In this document: piece by piece, positions 1 through 6,659 of the stretch
Layout: every line of letters begins with the position of its first letter
Numbering within the stretch: the stretch's first letter is position 1
IMG/VR virus record: IMGVR_UViG_3300017548_000008
Span: 1 to 32,643 of that record
Source of the DNA: a virus
Lineage: Duplodnaviria; Caudoviricetes
Reading direction: 5' to 3' (one strand)
Length of the DNA: 32,643 bases
Made by a program: the position numbers and the translations under genes
The notes under the pieces: generated by a model
What the model was told of the DNA's origin: nothing
The model's input: the letters and a program-made list of their open reading frames with translations, nothing else
Database searches by the model: none

Positions 1-171
1 CCTGCCGACCAGATGGCGCGCCATTTCCTTGAAGTGCTCGAACCGGAATTCCCGGCCATCGGCGGTCTGCCATCCCCACATGCCGAACAGAATCAACAAG
101 TCTTGCTCGGTAGGCTCCGCGCTCGCGGCAGGCTGGGCGGCCAGGGCAGCGCGCTCTCGTTCGGTGTTCAT
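1..171 (-). CDS. Hypothetical protein, runs off the left edge (MNTERERAALAAQPAASAEP...)
   Basis: ATG at 171 preceded by GGAGAACAC; frame open to position 1; not in the ORF track because truncated. Confidence 0.7.
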   Translation of the reverse strand, partial: MNTERERAALAAQPAASAEPTEQDLLILFGMWGWQTADGREFRFEHFKEMARHLVGR

Positions 172-204
172 GTGTTCTCCCTCTGTTGACGAAAGCGGCC
201 CCGC

Positions 205-540
205 CTACTTTTTCCGCTCTTGCTGAGCACGCAGGCAGACTGCAAAGATCACGTGCGCGATCCTCTCCGGCGCCATCTGCTTCATGGTTTTGTCGTTGTA
301 GATCAGTTCGATCGTGTCCATCATGTCTACCTTGGCCTGGATGGGGGCATCTGCGTCTCTCAGTGCCACCATCTGGTAGAGGATCTTCTTTCGGCCTTCG
401 TCCCGGCCTTTGGCCACCCCCATGGCAGCCTTACTCAGGTATTTGCAGTACGCGATATCGTCATCGATATCGTCGGCGTGAGCTGGTACGGCGGTCAGCA
501 GGCCGGCAGTGATGATGGCGGCGAATATGGTTTTGCGCAT
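205..540 (-). CDS. Exported hypothetical protein
   Basis: Sec signal peptide MRKTIFAAIITAGLLTAVPAHA|D; SD-like AAGGAAAGGAA; two Cys. Confidence 0.75.
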   Translation of the reverse strand: MRKTIFAAIITAGLLTAVPAHADDIDDDIAYCKYLSKAAMGVAKGRDEGRKKILYQMVALRDADAPIQAKVDMMDTIELIYNDKTMKQMAPERIAHVIFAVCLRAQQERKK

Positions 541-570
541 TTCCTTTCCTTGCGCGCCGTGGCGCGTTGG

Positions 571-1128
571 TCAGTTCGAGTAGATTTCCTGAAGCTCTGC
601 CGACGTTGCCATGCGTTCGCCCTGCACGCTGACGTATTCCAGCCCCTTGTCATCGCTACACAGACCCTGGCGACTGAGCGCGGCCCTCGCCTCGTCCGAC
701 ACACTGCACAACATGTCCACAGCAGCCTGATGCAGGCGTGTGGCGGTAGTGGTGTCGCCCGCGGCGCCGATGGTGGAGGCCGCCTGCATGGTGCGCTCGA
801 AGGTGCGAAGCTGAACGCAATGCATGTCGATCTTGGGGCCGCCAAAGGCCACCGAGAACCCAGGTCCGCCGACACCGCCCTGCGTGGTGCCGCCGCAGTA
901 ATCGGAACTGAACGAACCGGCAAAGCCACCGAGGATGACTCCCGGGGTATTCTTCAACGTCGTGGTCTTGTGCCCAGGCGACGAGTTGAAGTTGATGTTC
1001 TGAGCGTTCCCGGCGTTCTGCGCGGTGCTGGTCGAGGTGCTGGTCGTATTGGCCTCAGATGAGGTCGTGGTATCGGCCCAGGCGTTGGCGCCCAGCAACA
1101 TGGCCGCAATGAGGACGAGGTATTTCAT
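571..1128 (-). CDS. Exported Cys/Gly-rich hypothetical protein
   Basis: Signal peptide ending AWA|D; SD AAGGAG; Thr/Ser-rich N-terminus, Gly-rich segment between two Cys, four Cys in total. Confidence 0.8.
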   Translation of the reverse strand: MKYLVLIAAMLLGANAWADTTTSSEANTTSTSTSTAQNAGNAQNINFNSSPGHKTTTLKNTPGVILGGFAGSFSSDYCGGTTQGGVGGPGFSVAFGGPKIDMHCVQLRTFERTMQAASTIGAAGDTTTATRLHQAAVDMLCSVSDEARAALSRQGLCSDDKGLEYVSVQGERMATSAELQEIYSN

Positions 1129-1155
1129 GTTGTTCTCCTTGAGATTGGACCGGGC

Positions 1156-1180
1156 AGGACAGGGTCATAACTCCTGTCCC
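1156..1180 (-). other. Intergenic stem-loop (possible mRNA stability/processing element)
   Basis: AGGACAGG (1156-1163) / CCTGTCCC (1173-1180) inverted repeat with no U-tract. Confidence 0.45.
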
Positions 1181-1199
1181 AACCCACCAGGCCTACGGC

Positions 1200-1694
1200 T
1201 TAGAAGCCGCCGACGACAGCCACGCCGCCGACACCGATGATGCCGCCGATCTGGCCGACGTTGAAATTGGCCTTGCCCTTTGCCATGTTTTCGCTGGAGG
1301 CAAACGCCTGCGAGCCGTTGACGATCACCTCGCCGTTGTCAGTCCACTGGGTGCCGACCGCATTGCCCGACATCGAGCCGGCCGCATTCACGGTGGAAAA
1401 CTGCGTGGTGTTCGTGATCACAGTGGCCCCGACGTTGTTGATGGCGCCGCCGATGGTGGCCGTGCCGCCCGAGATGGCGTCGGCGGTCTGGTGCGAGGCG
1501 AAATTGCCCGAGCCGGTGGCTGCCGCCACGGTGCTGCCGTTCGAAACGGAGGTGGCCTTGCCGCCGACCGTGCCTTGCCACGCCTGGCCGACGCCACCGA
1601 CCACGATACCACCACCCGCGCCGGAGGCCGAGGCCAGGGCGCACATGCTGAACAGGGCCGTCGCGGCCAGGGACTTGCTGAACATCTTCTTCAT
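1200..1694 (-). CDS. Exported Gly/Ala/Ser/Thr-rich low-complexity protein
   Basis: Signal peptide MKKMFSKSLAATALFSMCALASA|S; SD AAGGAG; very few charged residues in the mature chain; C-terminal Phe. Confidence 0.8.
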   Translation of the reverse strand: MKKMFSKSLAATALFSMCALASASGAGGGIVVGGVGQAWQGTVGGKATSVSNGSTVAAATGSGNFASHQTADAISGGTATIGGAINNVGATVITNTTQFSTVNAAGSMSGNAVGTQWTDNGEVIVNGSQAFASSENMAKGKANFNVGQIGGIIGVGGVAVVGGF

Positions 1695-1740
1695 GGTAAA
1701 GCTCCTTGAGGTTGTTTGCCAGTGACCCGACTGGCGGCGG

Positions 1741-1947
1741 TTAAACTATCAATTTTCTTGCGATGTTGTTGACATGGTGCCGCTCGACCTTCAAAATCCG
1801 AATAATCTCACACTGCCGCCAGCCGGTCTGCAGCATGTTGACGATCTTGGCCCGCTCCTGTTGACTCAACACAAACGGCCGGCCCCGCGGCCTTGACTGC
1901 CTGGGCCTGCCGCCCTTGGACTTCGGCAGACAGATCCAGGTGGTCAT
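1741..1947 (-). CDS. Small HTH DNA-binding protein (resolvase/Hin C-terminal-like)
   Basis: GRPR/GRP minor-groove arms followed by LSQQERAKIVNMLQTGWRQCEIIRILKVERHHV; ATGA overlap with the upstream gene. Confidence 0.6.
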   Translation of the reverse strand: MTTWICLPKSKGGRPRQSRPRGRPFVLSQQERAKIVNMLQTGWRQCEIIRILKVERHHVNNIARKLIV

Positions 1948-2183
1948 GAAAATAACCTTACGGCGAAATTGACGAGGGAGATAATCGCAGCGGCAAGCAA
2001 ACCAACTAGCCCCACCTGGGCGACGGCTTCAACGCCGCTGAAGATGACCTCCGTAAATCTGTCCCCAAGCGTCGGTGAAAAATTATCCGTCGTGGGGTTG
2101 CGAAAACCGTCGACCATCCTGGCGATGATGTACAAGATGGCGGCGATAATTACCGCGGTCAGAAGAATTTTACCGATATTCAT
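1944..2183 (-). CDS. Small membrane protein (2 predicted TM)
   Basis: Two hydrophobic stretches; ATGA overlaps at both ends. Confidence 0.7.
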   Translation of the reverse strand: MNIGKILLTAVIIAAILYIIARMVDGFRNPTTDNFSPTLGDRFTEVIFSGVEAVAQVGLVGLLAAAIISLVNFAVRLFS

Positions 2184-2689
2184 TGCCCTGCCCCATCCAG
2201 ACTGGCCTCGTCGGCCGCATCATCAATGAGCAGCTCCTCGACAGATCCCGCTGGCGGCGCCACAAATTTGGTCGAGATCAACAGCGTGACCCAGTAATAG
2301 CCGTCATCGCACGGCCCCACAATCCCGGCGTCGGTCAACGATGGGTCCCAGAAAATCTCACCATCCTTGATGATGACCATGTGATTGACGCCGGTCCGGC
2401 TTTCACCGGAGAACAGGACGTAGATACCAGGCCACATCTGGCCGAGAACGTCGAGCAGTTTGTCAAGGTCCATGTCGCCGGCGTAGGCCAGCTCCATTTG
2501 GCGCAAATTCTGTGACGCGAGAAATTCGTCCACGGCCGCCTTGAAGGCATGTCCGTCACCATGGTGCTCGCCGAAGTTCGGTACGGTGTCGCGATCGAGG
2601 TCGAGCATGCAGGCAAGGCAGGTGCGAGCGCAATCGCCGAATTCACCCTGCTCGGGCCGGTGATGGAAAGCCTGTTTTTGTGGGGTCAT
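2180..2689 (-). CDS. Hypothetical protein, possible papain-like (C39-like) fold
   Basis: GDCARTCLACML ... HMVII ... WDPS gives Cys-His-Asp order. Confidence 0.55.
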   Translation of the reverse strand: MTPQKQAFHHRPEQGEFGDCARTCLACMLDLDRDTVPNFGEHHGDGHAFKAAVDEFLASQNLRQMELAYAGDMDLDKLLDVLGQMWPGIYVLFSGESRTGVNHMVIIKDGEIFWDPSLTDAGIVGPCDDGYYWVTLLISTKFVAPPAGSVEELLIDDAADEASLDGAGQ

Positions 2690-2691
2690 GG

Positions 2692-2997
2692 TCAGCAGAT
2701 TCCGTGGTTATAATCGTGCATATAGATGAGGGCATCATCCTCAGACCCGCGGCTTGTGATGCCGCCCAGCGACTCCGACTTGCCATGGCAAAATGGATCG
2801 GGGCCGAGGCCACTGTTGGCGATGCACATCGACGAGATCTCGCCCGCCGCCACGACCTTCGAATTTTGGCCCTTCAGGTCCTCGGACAGCTGGATCGCCT
2901 CGGCAACGACCGCGTGAGTCAGCGAGTTGGGAAAGATGATGGGCAGCTCACGGGCGTTGCCGTGCCTGTCCGCCATCTGGATAACGATATATTTCAT
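2692..2997 (-). CDS. Hypothetical protein
   Basis: Preceded by TGCTGAGGAC-TTCATC-ATG; 101 aa. Confidence 0.75.
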   Translation of the reverse strand: MKYIVIQMADRHGNARELPIIFPNSLTHAVVAEAIQLSEDLKGQNSKVVAAGEISSMCIANSGLGPDPFCHGKSESLGGITSRGSEDDALIYMHDYNHGIC

Positions 2998-3020
2998 GAT
3001 GAAGTCCTCAGCATTTAAGG

Positions 3021-3193
3021 CGTTCGCCAGCCGACCTGTTCGGTGTGGTCAGTGCCTCTTGTGGTTGACGCCACGAGCCACGCCACTCCGTTTGACCTAT
3101 CCCAATCCGCCCGCTTGCGTCAACAAGCTCTTGATTGGGCATCAGCCAGTCCACACCTGCTAGACCCTGCTCCTTCCAGACCGACGGCGAACG
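3021..3193 (-). ncRNA. Putative structured RNA / 5' leader with complementary (kissing) loops
   Basis: 17-bp closing stem (3 G-U pairs that work only on the minus strand), 7-bp inner stem, loops UUGACG and CGUCAA; begins at the predicted TSS of promoter 3201-3229. Confidence 0.65.
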
Positions 3194-3200
3194 AAACTGA

Positions 3201-3229
3201 ATTCTAGTCCGCTAAAAATTCGTTGTAAA
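3201..3229 (-). promoter_or_regulatory. Sigma70 promoter overlapped by an inverted repeat
   Basis: TTTACA-17 bp-TAGAAT; CGCTAAAAAT (3210-3219) / ATTTTTAGCG (3235-3244). Confidence 0.75.
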
Positions 3230-3261
3230 CAATCATTTTTAGCGCGGTTACAATGTGGTCT

Positions 3262-3489
3262 TTAGTCCCAGTGAACCTGCTCGATAATCTCCGCCGCCAC
3301 AAGATTACCGAAGTCGTCGATGACGCCCGGATAGACGCCGGGCTTGAAGTTCTTCTGGCTGTGGGACCACGCCACCCAATAGCGGCGATCACGCGGCAGA
3401 CGGGTACCATATCGCCCACGACTCACTTCCTCGCGGTGGTCGAAGTACGACTCATCTGGGCGGCGTTTGTAGTAGCGGATCTTGGACAT
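3262..3489 (-). CDS. Hypothetical protein
   Basis: 75-aa ORF packed within the minus-strand cluster. Confidence 0.6.
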   Translation of the reverse strand: MSKIRYYKRRPDESYFDHREEVSRGRYGTRLPRDRRYWVAWSHSQKNFKPGVYPGVIDDFGNLVAAEIIEQVHWD

Positions 3490-3492
3490 TGT

Positions 3493-3651
3493 CTAACCAC
3501 CCCAAACAAGATTCGCGAGTCCAGCGGCAAACAGCAGCACACCGGAAAATAATGCGCTCAGCTGGAGAAGATCATATCGAGGACCGGCGGCAAGAAACGA
3601 CACCAACTGGAAGGCCCCGACGATGATCATAGTGAGATCAAAAATTACCAT
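3493..3651 (-). CDS. Small hydrophobic membrane protein, 52 aa (MVIFDLTMIIVGAFQLVSFLAAG...LVWGG)
   Basis: Translated by hand; AAGGA SD; fills the gap between neighbours; below the ORF-track cutoff. Confidence 0.65.
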   Translation of the reverse strand: MVIFDLTMIIVGAFQLVSFLAAGPRYDLLQLSALFSGVLLFAAGLANLVWGG

Positions 3652-3653
3652 GG

Positions 3654-3899
3654 TCAGTCCTTGTGAAAGCGGTAGCCGACGACCCCGCCGAAGAAATCGA
3701 GCACGATTGGTCGCCAGACGCCACCGTCATCGGCCATCTCGACATAAACGGCCTTTCCGCCCATTGGGCGATGAATCAGCGCCTGGCCCCATCGGCATTT
3801 GGCCTCCCTCAGGGCGACGATGTCGCCATCTTGAGGACCGTCGCGGTCCTCGACGCGGGTATTCTTGGTGAATCGTTGATATGGACCGTCCGTTCTCAT
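3654..3899 (-). CDS. Hypothetical protein
   Basis: ATGA overlap with the upstream gene; GGAGG SD. Confidence 0.65.
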   Translation of the reverse strand: MRTDGPYQRFTKNTRVEDRDGPQDGDIVALREAKCRWGQALIHRPMGGKAVYVEMADDGGVWRPIVLDFFGGVVGYRFHKD

Positions 3900-4165
3900 T
3901 TCAGCGCCTCCATGCCCTCGTCAGCCGCCTTGGCATATACGATCCGTGAATTGGCCAAGGCCAACTCGATGTCGCCGCTGGTGGCGAGGCGGGTCACGCG
4001 GAAATCGCCCTGCCTGATGGTCCCAACGCCGCCCGCCAGCGGGTAGTGACAGAATCTACCGTCCGGCAGTCGACCGCCAAGGATAGACTGGTGGACCAAT
4101 CGGCCATCGGCGCCGGTGTATTGAATAATCATCAATCGGCCGGTTGAAATTTGGGGATGGTTCAT
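3896..4165 (-). CDS. Hypothetical protein (MNHPQISTG...)
   Basis: Start re-called at 4165 from AGGAGAAGAATC-ATG. Confidence 0.65.
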   Translation of the reverse strand: MNHPQISTGRLMIIQYTGADGRLVHQSILGGRLPDGRFCHYPLAGGVGTIRQGDFRVTRLATSGDIELALANSRIVYAKAADEGMEALK

Positions 4166-4175
4166 GATTCTTCTC

Positions 4176-4370
4176 CTAGAAGTGCTGATCACGATCCTGC
4201 CGACGATAGGCCGAAGACAGAACGAGGATCAGCACGAGTGGCCAGATGACGGCGATGGTGAATACCATAATGAGCAGCACCATCAACGGCCCGTGCAAAT
4301 ACCCCAGCGCCACCATGATGACGACGGCGATGATCAGCAGCGCAACGGCTGCTGCGGTCTTTAGTTGCAT
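4176..4370 (-). CDS. Small membrane protein (2 predicted TM)
   Basis: Strongly hydrophobic; TGCTGAGGAC-ACC-ATG. Confidence 0.7.
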   Translation of the reverse strand: MQLKTAAAVALLIIAVVIMVALGYLHGPLMVLLIMVFTIAVIWPLVLILVLSSAYRRQDRDQHF

Positions 4371-4377
4371 GGTGTCC

Positions 4378-4563
4378 TCAGCAGAGTTGAATCACGAGGT
4401 CGGAGATGTCGGCGATGCGCATGCCGCCGTTGTTGTAATACTCCTCGACCTCGCTGACGTGCGCGTCGACGTAGGCAAGGGCCCGCTTCGCCCTGCTGGC
4501 GCTGACGCCGCCGACCTTGACGAGTTCACAAATGTCCAGCTTAACTTCTTCGGCGATATTCAT
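4378..4563 (-). CDS. Small early protein, likely paralogue of 5825-6004
   Basis: TGCTGAGGAC-CACATC-ATG; its last codons TGC TGA form the next motif copy. Confidence 0.75.
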   Translation of the reverse strand: MNIAEEVKLDICELVKVGGVSASRAKRALAYVDAHVSEVEEYYNNGGMRIADISDLVIQLC

Positions 4564-4588
4564 GATGTGGTCCTCAGCATTTGTTGAA

Positions 4589-4750
4589 TTAGCGACGCAG
4601 TTCGGCGTACATTTCTTTAAGCAAGCGCAGTTGACGCTTGCGCTCGATCATCATATCACCACGCTCGCCATCAAGTTCGGCGGCAGAGATGGCCTGCACG
4701 CAAGCGCGAATTTCATCGTTCAGTCGGTCGAGCTTTTGTTGCTTGTCCAT
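4589..4750 (-). CDS. Small helical early protein (MDKQQKLDRL...), 53 aa
   Basis: Start re-called from TGCTGAGGAC-CTGATC-ATG. Confidence 0.75.
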   Translation of the reverse strand: MDKQQKLDRLNDEIRACVQAISAAELDGERGDMMIERKRQLRLLKEMYAELRR

Positions 4751-4766
4751 GATCAGGTCCTCAGCA

Positions 4767-4973
4767 TTACAGTCGAATGAAGGTGGCGGCAGACTTGGTG
4801 GATTGGCCGTTGGGCATGAACAGACGATCACGATCAACACCATTCCGAGAAACCCAGAATTGGCCGTTGCGCTTTACCTGAATTACGACGGCCTTGTATT
4901 CTTTTACCTTTTCACCAAGAAACCACGTTTCGACAACAACTTCTTGGTTGATTTGAACTTGGTTGGTGGTCAT
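4767..4973 (-). CDS. Small early protein (MTTNQVQINQ...), 68 aa
   Basis: Start re-called from TGCTGAGGAC-GAAGATC-ATG. Confidence 0.75.
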   Translation of the reverse strand: MTTNQVQINQEVVVETWFLGEKVKEYKAVVIQVKRNGQFWVSRNGVDRDRLFMPNGQSTKSAATFIRL

Positions 4974-5011
4974 GATCTTCGTCCTCAGCATGTTCGTTTG
5001 ATCGTGAAACC

Positions 5012-5065
5012 ATTATAGAGCCAGATTGTGGCCTTGTAAATAGCTATTTTCAAACTATTTTGTCA
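5012..5065 (-). promoter_or_regulatory. Strong sigma70 early promoter A with AT-rich UP element
   Basis: TTTACA (5040-5035)-17 bp-TATAAT (5017-5012). Confidence 0.85.
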
Positions 5066-5095
5066 CAGGCCTCGATCTTGAGACTGAGGCCTGTG
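5064..5095. other. 10-bp perfect stem-loop
   Basis: CACAGGCCTC / GAGGCCTGTG; lies after gene 5109-5459; no U-tract. Confidence 0.55.
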
Positions 5096-5108
5096 TGCGC
5101 AGCGCAAC

Positions 5109-5459
5109 CTACCGACCTATCGACTCAGCTAGTTCGGCGTAAACTTCAGCCTTTGCCTGAGCCGCCAGGTTCGATGTCGCGGACGTGCTGCGGCTCGGGT
5201 AGCGCGCGGCGTGAAAAGCCTGCCTCGTGAAGTGATTGACCATGCGATCAACAGACTCGTCAGTCGCATCGACGTCGCGAAGCATGGCCAAAGCATCTTC
5301 GGAGATGGCGAGGAGAGCTGCGTCGCGAAAGTGGCGCTCGCTCCACTCCATGGCGTACAAGGGTGATTCGTGGAGGTTTTTACGAAAGCGCTCGAGACCA
5401 GCCGAAGCGGCGTCACGCATATTAGTCAGGTGGTCGATGGCTTGTTGCTTGTTCATCAT
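5109..5459 (-). CDS. Early hypothetical protein
   Basis: TGCTGAGGAT-CTAAATC-ATG; directly downstream of promoter B. Confidence 0.8.
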   Translation of the reverse strand: MMNKQQAIDHLTNMRDAASAGLERFRKNLHESPLYAMEWSERHFRDAALLAISEDALAMLRDVDATDESVDRMVNHFTRQAFHAARYPSRSTSATSNLAAQAKAEVYAELAESIGR

Positions 5460-5504
5460 GATTTAGATCCTCAGCAGTTCCGGTCGTTCGTTGACCGTGA
5501 AGAC

Positions 5505-5560
5505 ATTATAGATCTGATTTGTGGTCTTGTAAACACCTATTTTCAAAACTATTTTGTAAC
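5505..5560 (-). promoter_or_regulatory. Strong sigma70 early promoter B
   Basis: TTTACA (5533-5528)-17 bp-TATAAT (5510-5505); upstream ACAAAATAGTTTTGAAAATAG nearly identical to promoter A. Confidence 0.85.
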
Positions 5561-5591
5561 TCGCCATTTACAATTTATTTGTGATTTCGTG

Positions 5592-5630
5592 CAAATAGGT
5601 GTTTACAGCTTTGTGGTGTTGCACTATAAT
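5592..5630 (+). promoter_or_regulatory. Strong sigma70 early promoter C (divergent from B)
   Basis: TTTACA (5602-5607)-17 bp-TATAAT (5625-5630). Confidence 0.85.
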
Positions 5631-5678
5631 GTATTCACGGTCAAACAACATGGACCGGAACTGCTGAGGACAAAGATC

Positions 5679-5822
5679 ATGACCAAGAAACAAGCCATCC
5701 AACTCGCCAAGAAGCTCCGCGCCGAGGGCAAGACCGTCAAGGTGTTCTGCCGCAGCGGCGTCTACACCCAGCCGGGCCGCGGCATCGTGCCGTTCGTCGA
5801 GTACTTCGTCGTGGAGCAGTGA
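5679..5822 (+). CDS. Small basic early protein (MTKKQAIQLAKKL...), 47 aa
   Basis: TGCTGAGGAC-AAAGATC-ATG; the longer ORF from 5370 runs through promoter DNA. Confidence 0.75.
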   Translation: MTKKQAIQLAKKLRAEGKTVKVFCRSGVYTQPGRGIVPFVEYFVVEQ

Positions 5823-5824
5823 TC

Positions 5825-6004
5825 ATGGAAAACTATGCCAAACTCGTCGCGACCGATGTGAACAATCTGATGAAGGTCGGCCAGAAGGAAAAGGCCATGA
5901 AGATGGTTGATAATTTCTGCGATGACGAAATGGAAAATCTCGACGCGTTGGCCGAGTTCTCAGCTTACCTGAACGATGATGTTCGCGAGGAACTTGGCTG
6001 CTGA
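5825..6004 (+). CDS. Small acidic early protein, 59 aa
   Basis: GGAG SD; followed by a terminator; 14 Asp/Glu. Confidence 0.75.
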   Translation: MENYAKLVATDVNNLMKVGQKEKAMKMVDNFCDDEMENLDALAEFSAYLNDDVREELGC

Positions 6005-6011
6005 AATGAAG

Positions 6012-6039
6012 AACCGGCCGTAAGGCCGGTTTTCTCTTT
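6012..6039 (+). terminator. Intrinsic terminator between convergent units
   Basis: AACCGGCC-GTAA-GGCCGGTT followed by TTCTCTTT. Confidence 0.8.
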
Positions 6040-6358
6040 AGATCGTGTTGTGATGGAGGAAGGGCTTCACACGCTCGCGCTTCGTGAACGCGTGGCCCTC
6101 GATGGCGCCAGCTGACACGTCGCCGCGCCGCATCATGAGGCGGATGGCGAACTGCAGATCGCCCAGCTCCCGCTCCAGCAACTCCACGTTGCCAACTCCC
6201 GTGTCCGGGTGGCGCGAATGCCGGCCGTGGCGCTGGATCTTCGCCGCGATGTGAATCACCTCCGACGCCTCCTCGATCAGCAGGGCCAATCGCTCCTCCT
6301 GGGAGGGTGACAGGCCATTGTCAAACGGAGGTACGAGATTATTTTCCCTGGTGTCCAT
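6038..6358 (-). CDS. MazG-like nucleotide pyrophosphohydrolase
   Basis: All-alpha NTP-PPase motif EEASE ... ERELGDL. Confidence 0.75.
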   Translation of the reverse strand: MDTRENNLVPPFDNGLSPSQEERLALLIEEASEVIHIAAKIQRHGRHSRHPDTGVGNVELLERELGDLQFAIRLMMRRGDVSAGAIEGHAFTKRERVKPFLHHNTI

Positions 6359-6371
6359 CGTGAATTTCCCT

Positions 6372-6641
6372 CTACGATAATAGTTCGGGATTTACCCTTA
6401 TGCCAACTACATTGCTGGCATTTTGTATTTCACACCAGCGTTGTGCCAACAAAAACAGTGCCATGTCTGGCATTCGCACGTCATTGATATGACACGGAGG
6501 CCGGAACGTCGCCTCCCACCGGCCTTGGTGCCGAATAATATGCGGGAGCCGCCTGCCGTCAATCTGGTTGTGTTCGTTCAACCAAGAAATTCTGGATGAC
6601 GCCTCGCCTAAACTGGCGCGGTAAAGCATTCCTAGGACCAT
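6372..6641 (-). CDS. Hypothetical protein
   Basis: GGAG SD; fills the gap between primase and the MazG-like gene. Confidence 0.6.
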   Translation of the reverse strand: MVLGMLYRASLGEASSRISWLNEHNQIDGRRLPHIIRHQGRWEATFRPPCHINDVRMPDMALFLLAQRWCEIQNASNVVGIRVNPELLS

Positions 6642-6659
6642 GATAGTTCTCCACCTCCG

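Noticed and set aside
3021-3193. 6S RNA or packaging pRNA identity
   Set aside because: Size is similar, but the branched fold is unlike 6S, and this phage has a TerS/TerL motor far from the locus; used only as an analogy
3004-5671. TGCTGAGGAC repeats as a CRISPR array or integron attC array
   Set aside because: Repeats are only 10 bp, irregularly spaced and separated by whole genes; no cas or integrase gene in the window
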